Source: Candidatus Micrarchaeaceae archaeon (GTDB taxonomy: Archaea; Micrarchaeota; Micrarchaeia; Micrarchaeales; CABMGC01). From it: a stretch of DNA of 16,359 bases. Under the pieces are notes generated by a model. It worked only from the letters and a program-made list of their open reading frames with translations, did no database searches and was not told the DNA's origin. Within the stretch, counting starts at the first letter, position 1. Each line of letters begins with the position of its first letter. The position numbers and the translations under genes were made by a program. The stretch is from assembly GCA_038877255.1 (NCBI GenBank), contig JAVYWZ010000017.1:1-16359 (forward strand). Direction: 5' to 3'. This document shows positions 1 through 6,914 of this stretch, piece by piece.

Positions 1-38
1 TTTATAAAATATAAGCCGTTGCAGGCAAATGTATTTTT

Positions 39-464
39 CTAGATGTTTATACTGCTGAATTCTGCGGCTAGCTCTTGCACTACTTTGCCCATTTGTGTAG
101 AGTCCCTGTGAATAGGTCTCTTGCTGGGGTCGTTGTGGAATGCGTCGCTTCTGCCTGGGACAAAATGAACGTGGTAGTGCGTAACCGTTCTTCCGGCTTC
201 CTCTCCTACGAGCTCTATCTTTGAATAGCCATTTATTCCGCGCTTCGCATAAAAAATTTGGATAATTGCCTCGGCCTTCTGCATGTCTGTCAGCTCCTCT
301 ATTGTGAGTTCTGCAAACGTTTCTCTGTGTGCTATGGGCATCAGAAGGAAGTGATATTCGTGATCTGCATCCTTTGATGCGACAATCCTGAAAGTTCCTA
401 CTCTTTTTATGGTCGACGCACCTATTATGCCTTCGTTATCAAATATGTCGGCTAATTTTTCCAA
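39..464 (-). CDS. HIT (histidine triad) family nucleotide hydrolase
   Basis: The translation has the HxHxHxx motif (GRTVTHYHVHFVPGR), an upstream HFLLMP..H strand and an LT.EE..D helix typical of HIT proteins. The TTG start at 464 has an SD-like AGGTGA a few nt upstream. Confidence 0.85.
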   Translation of the reverse strand: MEKLADIFDNEGIIGASTIKRVGTFRIVASKDADHEYHFLLMPIAHRETFAELTIEELTDMQKAEAIIQIFYAKRGINGYSKIELVGEEAGRTVTHYHVHFVPGRSDAFHNDPSKRPIHRDSTQMGKVVQELAAEFSSINI

Positions 465-576
465 ACAGTCACCTGAAGCGAAACACTTTCTTTGCGTCCC
501 ATTACATAACCAATTAGTATAAATAGTGTGATAAATGCAAATTATAAAACTCTTTCTGCGCTAGCCCACCTTCCGC

Positions 577-680
577 GCCTCCAAGCCCCTTTTTTCTTGT
601 AAAATTTCTGTTGGGCGAGGTGCGCAGCACACAATAGCTAAATATTCGGCAAATATTAGTGATATTGCTTCTGTAAATTA
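577..680. repeat. Degenerate direct repeat, copy 1 (partner at 1596-1775)
   Basis: 577-638 vs 1596-1656: 4 substitutions and 1 indel. 639-650 vs 1687-1698: 11/12. 651-680 vs 1746-1775: 29/30. Confidence 0.95.
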
Positions 681-1044
681 ACTCTGTGAGCGGAAAATCC
701 CTTGACCTGGCAAAGGAATGAAAGAGCATGTCAGTTGAAGCGAAAAGCTCCAAACAAGCGGATGCGGCTGAAGCCCAGAATGGCATGGCAAACTTGGTAT
801 AGTGGGTGTAGTAGAAGTCCTTCTCATACTTTTTGCGAGGGTTTGGCATATGTAGATATGGGTGTGTGGTACTTTATAGTCATCATAAGATGTTTTTGAA
901 TTAGAGTCCCGTGAGGGGCTAAGTCATAACAAGGTATCAGTATGGAAACCTGCGGGTAGATCACCTCAGAATCGTAATTGCGGGTCGCATAAGGTTTCAA
1001 GACTACCTTTCTATTTTTCGTCGTCATGCAAAGCAGCAGTTTGC

Positions 1045-1072
1045 AAAATTGTTAACTTTATTTAACAAATTT
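1045..1072. promoter_or_regulatory. 11-6-11 inverted repeat: dif-like recombination site or transcription-factor operator
   Basis: AAAATTGTTAA-CTTTAT-TTAACAAATTT. The arms are complementary at 10/11 and the core is TAA-N6-TTA. Confidence 0.5.
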
Positions 1073-1079
1073 TAATTTT

Positions 1080-1126
1080 GAGAATATTTAAATATCAGCA
1101 AAAACACAAACATTTACGAAGGTGAT
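1080..1126 (+). promoter_or_regulatory. Archaeal promoter (BRE/TATA) and SD for the orphan ORF
   Basis: A purine-rich GAGAA precedes TTTAAATA (1087-1094). AAGGTGAT SD at 1119-1126. Confidence 0.55.
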
Positions 1127-1129
1127 AAT

Positions 1130-1483
1130 ATAAGCGAAATTATCGCAAATAAGATATTAGGTAGAGAAAGCGAGCCTACTAGGTACATAATAGGAAGAAT
1201 TATGGAAACAGAGGCATGGTTCAACCCAAAAACTGACTATGGATTTTATGTGCACAGAGTACTAATTCCCAATGAATTAATAGATATCAAAGAGAAAATG
1301 ATCGTACGTATCACAAACTCGGCGACTTCGTATATAATAATAGAAAAAGATCCGCGTGGATTCTTGGAAATATCTGCCGGAGGTATTAAAGGGGAAAGAA
1401 ATTTCTTGGAAGCTGTCAAAATTGTAGATAAGTTAGCAAAGGATTATAAAGAGCTATTCTTAGCCTTGCGGATAGAGAGTTGA
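1130..1483 (+). CDS. Hypothetical orphan protein (117 aa from ATA 1130, or 93 aa from ATG 1202)
   Basis: The frame is open from 1130 to TGA 1481-1483, with TATA and a strong SD placed for 1130. Amino-acid composition looks like a globular protein. No family recognised. Confidence 0.6.
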   Translation: MSEIIANKILGRESEPTRYIIGRIMETEAWFNPKTDYGFYVHRVLIPNELIDIKEKMIVRITNSATSYIIIEKDPRGFLEISAGGIKGERNFLEAVKIVDKLAKDYKELFLALRIES

Positions 1484-1498
1484 CATTTAATATAATCA

Positions 1499-1515
1499 CC
1501 TCGTCAAATACGAGG
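1499..1515. terminator. Small hairpin 3' of the orphan ORF (possible terminator or processing site)
   Basis: CCTCGT-CAAAT-ACGAGG, a perfect 6-bp stem 15 nt after the stop codon. Confidence 0.3.
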
Positions 1516-1595
1516 CCATCACATCACGTATCAAGCAGGTTTGCAAGAAGGCATGAAAATACACAGATTGTTACCCTCTTTATGCCTACTGTTAA

Positions 1596-1775
1596 GCCTC
1601 CAAGCGCCTTTTTCTTGTAAAACTTCTGTTGGGTAAGGTGCGCAGCACACAATAGCGTCTTTATCCGCATTTTTAAGCATTTTAGCCAAATATTCGGCAG
1701 TGAACTACACAGCCATTGCGGAAGAGGACTTCCCGCTCACTGAGTAAATATTAGTGATATTGCTTTTGTAAATTA
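1596..1775. repeat. Degenerate direct repeat, copy 2, with 30-bp (1657-1686) and 47-bp (1699-1745) extra segments
   Basis: Colinear match to 577-680. The last 3 nt are the GNAT stop codon. Confidence 0.95.
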
Positions 1776-2210
1776 TAGCGTCTTTTCAAACCACACTTCG
1801 TGTGATATCCTGAACCCGATATGCTTATAGAACTCCTGAGAATTCTTCATATGCGCCCCCACAGCAAAATAGATCGTCTTTATACCTATGCTCCTTATCT
1901 CATCAATGGCATGCTCGATGAGTGCTTTGCCTATGCCTGATGCTCTGTGCTCCTCGTCCACATACAGCTCCTCGAAATATGCTACGCCCTTATTTTTAAT
2001 ATGTTCATACCAAACAAACCACAGGTAACCAACGATTTTGTTATCTGATTCAGCAACTAGTATTCTCTGATCTGCTCTGAACTCATCGTAGCTAAGTTTC
2101 GACCCAAAAAATTCCTGCTCTTCATCCCCTTTATATAACTTATGATAATATTCAGATATTTTGGGAATGTCAGCTTCGTTTGCCACTCTTATGTTAAAAT
2201 TACTAGGCAG
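1773..2210 (-). CDS. GNAT family N-acetyltransferase (probable CTG start at 2210; GTG 2186 is the alternative)
   Basis: Acetyl-CoA motif A (LYVDEEHRASGIGKALI) and motif B (NSQEFYKHIGF). Extending to CTG 2210 restores the usual N-terminal IR.A...D and places SD GGTGGT (2215-2220) 4 nt upstream. Confidence 0.9.
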   Translation of the reverse strand: MPSNFNIRVANEADIPKISEYYHKLYKGDEEQEFFGSKLSYDEFRADQRILVAESDNKIVGYLWFVWYEHIKNKGVAYFEELYVDEEHRASGIGKALIEHAIDEIRSIGIKTIYFAVGAHMKNSQEFYKHIGFRISHEVWFEKTL

Positions 2211-2259
2211 TCAAACCACCAAGAGGAAAGCTTGGCAGAAACGTAAAATATTCAAAAAG

Positions 2260-2400
2260 CTATTTGCCGCCTATCTTAAACATCTTTGTCCCGCAGACTG
2301 GGCATGTGCCGGTAAACGCCTTCTTGCCGTTCTTCAGCGTTACCTCTTTAGGGTCCTTCATTTCACGCTTCTGCTTGCACTTTACGCAATACGCTTCCAT
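2260..2400 (-). CDS. 46-aa basic zinc-ribbon protein, DUF5679-like (absent from the ORF track)
   Basis: Manual translation gives MEAYCVKCKQKREMKDPKEVTLKNGKKAFTGTCPVCGTKMFKIGGK*, with two CxxC pairs. SD GTGGT upstream and TTTATA TATA box at 2431-2436. Confidence 0.85.
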   Translation of the reverse strand: MEAYCVKCKQKREMKDPKEVTLKNGKKAFTGTCPVCGTKMFKIGGK

Positions 2401-2471
2401 AAAACCACAGTTTATCCTGAAACTTTAAGGTATAAATATGCATTACTGCATGGCATTGCATTGCATTTTGG

Positions 2472-3395
2472 CTAAACTATTATGTGCAAAACATACCTGG
2501 CATAAGAGCCTATGGCTATAGTTACTGCGGCTGCACCCAAGGAAATAAGCAACGATTCTGCAACGCGCTTGGCTATGCTCTCATCGCTTACGATTGCTAT
2601 CAGCGAAGAGGAGAACGAGAGTATAAAAGCGGTTAAAATTATTGCTGCAGTTATGCCCAATATGCCGCCAAGCCCAAAGGCAAACGGCAAAATAGGGAAT
2701 ATGGCGCCGAAGATGTAGAAAAGGCCAACATAAAAAGCAGAGCGTGCTGGCGATACGACTTTTACCTCTTTGGCGTTTATTGCTTTTTCATACTTTGTTG
2801 ATAGATATGCCCCGCCTGCCATTGAAAGCGCGCCTGAAATTGCAACAAGCGAGCCAGCTACAAAAATAAGCAAAGGCACGCGCAAAGCAGCACCTATGCC
2901 TGCTACTGCTGCAAGCACTTCCACGAGACCATCATTCATTCCAAAGATTATATCTCTTATGTTTTTCAGCACTGTGCTAAACGAAACAAGCAAATTGCTA
3001 AGCACATCTTCTATGCGCTCGCCTTTCTCAAACGTGCCGAGCAGCACGCGTTCCTCTCTTGTAAATTTAAACATGCGCAGCGCAATCATGAATTTTTTGT
3101 TTACAAGGAGCTTGTTGTATTCCATGAGCTTTATTGAAAACGCAAGGCCAAGAAGCTTTCTTAGCATGATTATTTTGAATAGCGAAAACCTGCTTGTGTG
3201 GCGCTTTGCCATGTAGCCATTTAAAGACAATAGCTTTTGAAGCAAATCTGCATGCCCTTTCTCTACGTTATACAGTTTTTCCAAAACTTTCCTAGATTTG
3301 ATGTCTTTGTCAGAAGCAGCAAGCCTTTTATAAACTTCTGCATGCAGCGCTTCTGTTGCTTGCAAGTCCCTAAAATATTTTTCTTTAGACACCAT
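2472..3395 (-). CDS. VIT1/CCC1 family Fe/Mn transporter with N-terminal ferritin/rubrerythrin-like domain
   Basis: N-terminus has E..H..VY..LA...L...E.GH. C-terminus has the VIT1 signatures RDIIFGMNDGLVE and GALSMAGGAYLS and about five TM helices. ATG 3395 (MVSKEKYF) lies ~25 nt below a TTAAATA box. Confidence 0.88.
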   Translation of the reverse strand: MVSKEKYFRDLQATEALHAEVYKRLAASDKDIKSRKVLEKLYNVEKGHADLLQKLLSLNGYMAKRHTSRFSLFKIIMLRKLLGLAFSIKLMEYNKLLVNKKFMIALRMFKFTREERVLLGTFEKGERIEDVLSNLLVSFSTVLKNIRDIIFGMNDGLVEVLAAVAGIGAALRVPLLIFVAGSLVAISGALSMAGGAYLSTKYEKAINAKEVKVVSPARSAFYVGLFYIFGAIFPILPFAFGLGGILGITAAIILTAFILSFSSSLIAIVSDESIAKRVAESLLISLGAAAVTIAIGSYARYVLHIIV

Positions 3396-3621
3396 GCCAT
3401 AGGCTATTACAAAAAGATATTTAAGCATAAGCAAGCATCGTGCAGATCCTTGCGTTGATTATTTTCAATGCGTGGTCGCTATTGCATTTGCATTTGTTGT
3501 AAAAATAATGTGCTTGGTGCAGTGCGAATTGAAAAGTTTTTATATTTTCAAATAAGCAAAACCCTTCTGCCATTATTTAAATTTTAGCAAGAATTAAAAG
3601 ATTTAAACAAGAATTGCAATC

Positions 3622-4887
3622 ATGAAGAAAATTAGAGGCATCGGCTATACAATGCTAGGCGTAGCACTTCTGCTATCTGCTGCCATGCCAATCGCGTTCA
3701 AGCTCGGCAGCAACATAAACCCGCTAAAGCTCATGTTCTTTGCCTCTATGATTGGCACAGTAACTTCGTTTTTGATAATGATTGCCAAGCACACTGCAGG
3801 AAATAGTGTCAAATACTTCACAAAGAGAAAGCCTTTCCTGGTTATGGCTGCTTTCGGCGTACTTGACTATACTATATTAACGCTTATACTCGCATACGCA
3901 ACTCACTTCGTCAGCGCTGCCCTCACCGCAGTAGTTTATAGGAGCTGGGCTTTGATGCTTGTGCTCCTTGCACCGCTTATCATAAGGGAGCGCATTACAA
4001 AATATGACATTGCTGCTGTGCTCATAGGCTTTACGAGCTTTGCCATAGTTATGCTGCAGGGCACTCCTCTTAGCATGCCATTGTATGTGCTACCTTTCGT
4101 AGGGCTTATACTGCTCGGTGCATTCTTCGATGCTTTTGCAAACGCGGTCACAAAGAGATACAACTACGAGATCACGAGCTCAATATTTGCTTATAATCTC
4201 ATGGCGTTTGCGATATTTCTGCCTCTGGCGCTGTTCTATGGCCAAGCTAGCATAATGGGCATAACTGCCAGCGACTTGCTTGCAATGCTGTTTATAGGAA
4301 TAGTAGTAGATGTGGCACTCACCTTCACCTTCGTCGGATCTATAAGAATGTTAGACGTAACAATAGTCGGCAACGCCAATATGCTTGTTCCATTCATAAC
4401 TATGCTTCTTTCGTTCCTGCTTCTTAATGAGCGCATATACTGGTACTACTTCGCTATAGCGATAGGCGTAACTTTAGGAATAATTGTACAGCGTCTAGCT
4501 CCAAAAGGCAGCAATTATATAACAAGGTCAGAGAAGACTCCACGCACAACTATCTTTGACGTTAGCGGAGCATTCGTTAATACACATAGCCCGAAAATAT
4601 ATGGCATGCTAGAGGGAAATGGCAGGGTTCTCGCAATGCTTGCGGATAATGATTTTATAGAAAACGGCGCATTTGGAGAGAGGTGCATAATCTTTACCGA
4701 TACGAAACCAATAGAAGGCGTAAGCGCAGATGAGCTTGATTTTGTAAAAGAGATAGTTGCGCCGGCAGAAGGCCAGTCTGTAATAATAGGAGTCGGTGAG
4801 CCTGATCAAGTAGAGCTTTCATTCAAAAAAATATTGTTAGCACAGCAGTATGATAATACTAAAGAAGGTCAAGGGTCCAGCTTGTAG
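3622..4887 (+). CDS. DMT/EamA family transporter with soluble C-terminal extension
   Basis: About 10 hydrophobic helices in two EamA repeats (LAPLIIRERIT; LSFLLLNERI), followed by ~125 hydrophilic residues. Confidence 0.85.
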   Translation: MKKIRGIGYTMLGVALLLSAAMPIAFKLGSNINPLKLMFFASMIGTVTSFLIMIAKHTAGNSVKYFTKRKPFLVMAAFGVLDYTILTLILAYATHFVSAALTAVVYRSWALMLVLLAPLIIRERITKYDIAAVLIGFTSFAIVMLQGTPLSMPLYVLPFVGLILLGAFFDAFANAVTKRYNYEITSSIFAYNLMAFAIFLPLALFYGQASIMGITASDLLAMLFIGIVVDVALTFTFVGSIRMLDVTIVGNANMLVPFITMLLSFLLLNERIYWYYFAIAIGVTLGIIVQRLAPKGSNYITRSEKTPRTTIFDVSGAFVNTHSPKIYGMLEGNGRVLAMLADNDFIENGAFGERCIIFTDTKPIEGVSADELDFVKEIVAPAEGQSVIIGVGEPDQVELSFKKILLAQQYDNTKEGQGSSL

Positions 4888-5860
4888 TATCATAGCTCTC
4901 TTCAACATTCATATTCCTAAAAGGCAGAAAGCCAAGGTGCGTCTTTGTTATTAATGCTGTTGACACAGAAGGCTTGTCTTTTGCGTATATGCTATTGTGC
5001 TTGTTTATCATTGCATTAGCGTCTTTTTCGGAGTTGAAGCCTGCGAGTATGAACGCCTGCGCAGCGCCGCTTATGGACCACATCTCCAGAAGGCTATTTG
5101 CAGCATAAGGCTCTTTCGGCTCTGCAAAGTATAGGTTCCTTCTTTCCATTGCTATGCGCTCGACTATGCCGCTTGTAACGTGATAGCTTACAAAAGCAGC
5201 TATAGCAGTCTTAAAAGCTTTATTTGTTATCACTGCAGTGTAACGCTTTATAATGCCAGCTTTTTCAAGCTTCGCCATGTAGTATTTTGTCATTCCCACG
5301 CTCATGCCTGTAGCTTTGGAAAGGCTGCTGAGTTCCTGTCTTGAATTTTCATTCAGCGCCATGAGAAGTTTCTTTATATCATCGGCAATTCCATCAGCAG
5401 TGGCAAGCAGAGCGTTGCTTATAGGAACGAAACCGAAGCGCATTAGCGTAACCTCTGCAGAATGGACCTCAGCGCCATAATCTATAAGCGATGCCTGCAG
5501 TGCGACCTCAAGCTGCGAGTATTCAATAGGGTTCTTAGACACCGCAAATGCGATTGTGTCGAAGTCGCCCTTTGTTGTTGCAAAGAATTGTATGCGAATG
5601 CTCTTTGGTATGAGCGTATCAAAGACCTCGGGCCTTGGTTTCTTTGAAAAATTAAGATACATTACGTGCATTGAAGAAAAGCCAAGCAACTTATAGTCAA
5701 GCTCGAGCGTGTATTTGAGGCCAAGCTTCTCTTCTAGGCTCGCAATATATTTACCGATAAAGTAGCGCGAGATTCCGAGCTTTTTTGAGAGGTCCGAGAC
5801 GCTTGCGCGGGAATTGTTACAGAGCGCTCTCAACACAAGCATCTCTGTCCTAGTTAACAT
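4859..5860 (-). CDS. Tandem (double) Lrp/AsnC family transcriptional regulator
   Basis: Two HTH-AsnC modules (LCNNSRASVSDLSKKLGIS; LNENSRQELSSLSKATGMS...LEKAGIIKRY), each followed by a RAM-like domain (TKGDFD; SISGAAQ). Confidence 0.85.
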   Translation of the reverse strand: MLTRTEMLVLRALCNNSRASVSDLSKKLGISRYFIGKYIASLEEKLGLKYTLELDYKLLGFSSMHVMYLNFSKKPRPEVFDTLIPKSIRIQFFATTKGDFDTIAFAVSKNPIEYSQLEVALQASLIDYGAEVHSAEVTLMRFGFVPISNALLATADGIADDIKKLLMALNENSRQELSSLSKATGMSVGMTKYYMAKLEKAGIIKRYTAVITNKAFKTAIAAFVSYHVTSGIVERIAMERRNLYFAEPKEPYAANSLLEMWSISGAAQAFILAGFNSEKDANAMINKHNSIYAKDKPSVSTALITKTHLGFLPFRNMNVEESYDTTSWTLDLL

Positions 5861-5982
5861 AGCATCAGCAGCGTATTAGCATAGCAATCAAGTATTTTTA
5901 TGCTTTTCATATGCCATATGCTGCGTTCTCAGGGACCGTGCAAGTATTAAATATTATTGCGTTTAATATCTGTAATGATTCT

Positions 5983-6729
5983 ATGTTTGAACTGAAGCTC
6001 GACGACGCAAGATATTGGCGCGACTGCGTAGAAGCAATTGTGAGCCTTATTGACGAAGGTGTCTTTAACATAAACAAAGAAGGCATTTCGCTAAAAGCAA
6101 TGGACCCTTCGGGCATAAGCATGGTCTCATTCTTCATGCCAAACAAGGCTTTTTCAAGCTACGAAGTAGAGAAAGGTGCAAGCATAGGCGTCAACCTTGA
6201 TAATCTTAGCAAGGTTATGTCGAGAACAAGGGACAATGAATCGCTAGTACTGAAAGACGCAGACAATAAGCTGCTTCTAGAGTTCTCAGGCGGCAAGGGC
6301 AAAAGGCGCTACAAGCTCCAGTTGATAGACATAAAGAACAAGGACGAGAAGGAGCCGAAGGTGGATTTTGATGCAAGTGTAGAAGTAGATGGCGACCACC
6401 TTAAGAATGTGCTAAAAGACGCAAGCCTTGTTTCTTCATATATTTCCTTCAAAGCTGCAAAAGATGCTTTCATAACAACTGCAAAAGGGGACTCAGGCGA
6501 GCTTGAGGAAGTTCATGCTGTTGACGGCGCAGAGGTAAAGAAGATAGACGCAAGCAGAGACGCAAGCGCCGTATTTAACCTTGAATTCCTTGAAAATATG
6601 GTAAAGTCAAGCCCCATGGGCAATTCAGTTGAGCTGGCACTCAAAACCAATCAGCCACTCAAGCTTGGCTACAGCATAGGCCAAGCAACCATAACATATT
6701 ATCTTGCCCCGTATGTTGAGGAAGGCTAA
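5983..6729 (+). CDS. pcn: DNA polymerase sliding clamp PCNA
   Basis: MFELKL N-terminus, LKAMDPSGISMV, FNLEFL and C-terminal YYLAP. ATG 5983 lies ~30 nt after ATTAAATA (5946-5953). Confidence 0.96.
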   Translation: MFELKLDDARYWRDCVEAIVSLIDEGVFNINKEGISLKAMDPSGISMVSFFMPNKAFSSYEVEKGASIGVNLDNLSKVMSRTRDNESLVLKDADNKLLLEFSGGKGKRRYKLQLIDIKNKDEKEPKVDFDASVEVDGDHLKNVLKDASLVSSYISFKAAKDAFITTAKGDSGELEEVHAVDGAEVKKIDASRDASAVFNLEFLENMVKSSPMGNSVELALKTNQPLKLGYSIGQATITYYLAPYVEEG

Positions 6730-6874
6730 CGCAAAGCAAAGAACTAGGCTCGTCTTCGTCTTCGCCAAGTCAATGGATTTTTTGCTCGCTGAATTAAATT
6801 TTCAACACTTGCACAAGTACAAAATACATTGCCCTGCAAAAAGGGTAAATAAAGTAAGAGCGGATTTAAGCAAC

Positions 6875-6910
6875 TTTTAAATATGTGCGCGCAGCCATTC
6901 TACTGGGGGA
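6875..6910 (+). promoter_or_regulatory. TATA box and SD for mcm
   Basis: TTTTAAATA at 6875-6883. GGGGGA at 6905-6910, just before the in-frame TTG 6915. Confidence 0.5.
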
Positions 6911-6914
6911 TTGC

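Larger units (their letters stand above)
681..1745. mobile_element. Putative non-autonomous or decayed insertion element with 20-bp TIRs and 30-bp flanking direct repeats
   Basis: Left end 681-700 ACTCTGTGAGCGGAAAATCC matches the reverse complement of 1726-1745 (ACTCAGTGAGCGGGAAGTCC) at 17/20. Both ends directly abut AAATATTAGTGATATTGCTTYTGTAAATTA (651-680 and 1746-1775). No intact transposase ORF. Confidence 0.6.

Noticed and set aside
557..627. Integron attC-like site (GCCCAAC...GGTGGGC on the minus strand, flanked by CTGCGC/GCGCAG)
   Set aside because: The R' box is not GTT, the interior does not pair as L boxes, the distal arm is absent from copy 2, and no integrase is present.
619..646. 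GGTGCGCAGCA resembles the E. coli XerC arm (and TTATGTTAAAA at 2189-2199 the XerD arm)
   Set aside because: Each is an isolated half-site with no partner arm at 6-bp spacing, and the second lies inside the GNAT coding region.
514..1027. ORFs 514-849(-), 702-899(+) and 824-1027(-) as genes or a transposase; also a VPHTHIYI HIT-like peptide near 850-875 on the minus strand
   Set aside because: No DDE, HUH or recombinase motifs. 514-849 runs across the TIR and repeat boundary. The HIT-like peptide lacks the third His and a start. A frameshifted pseudogene is possible but cannot be supported.
1718..1745. GAGGACTTCCCGCTCAC as the RNase P RNA P4 5' strand
   Set aside because: Poor fit to GAGGAAAGUCC, no 3' P4 partner on the same strand, and the GNAT gene follows immediately.
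577..1775. The repeat pair as a CRISPR array or a DGR template/variable repeat
   Set aside because: Only two copies about 1 kb apart with no spacer periodicity and no cas genes. Mismatches are not adenine-specific and there is no reverse transcriptase.
2161..2475. ORF-track 104-aa plus-strand ORF
   Set aside because: Antisense shadow of the real 46-aa zinc-ribbon gene and the GNAT start.
6730..6874. Replication origin between pcn and mcm
   Set aside because: No ORB/mini-ORB repeats and no orc1/cdc6 in the window. Only small hairpins and a promoter are visible.
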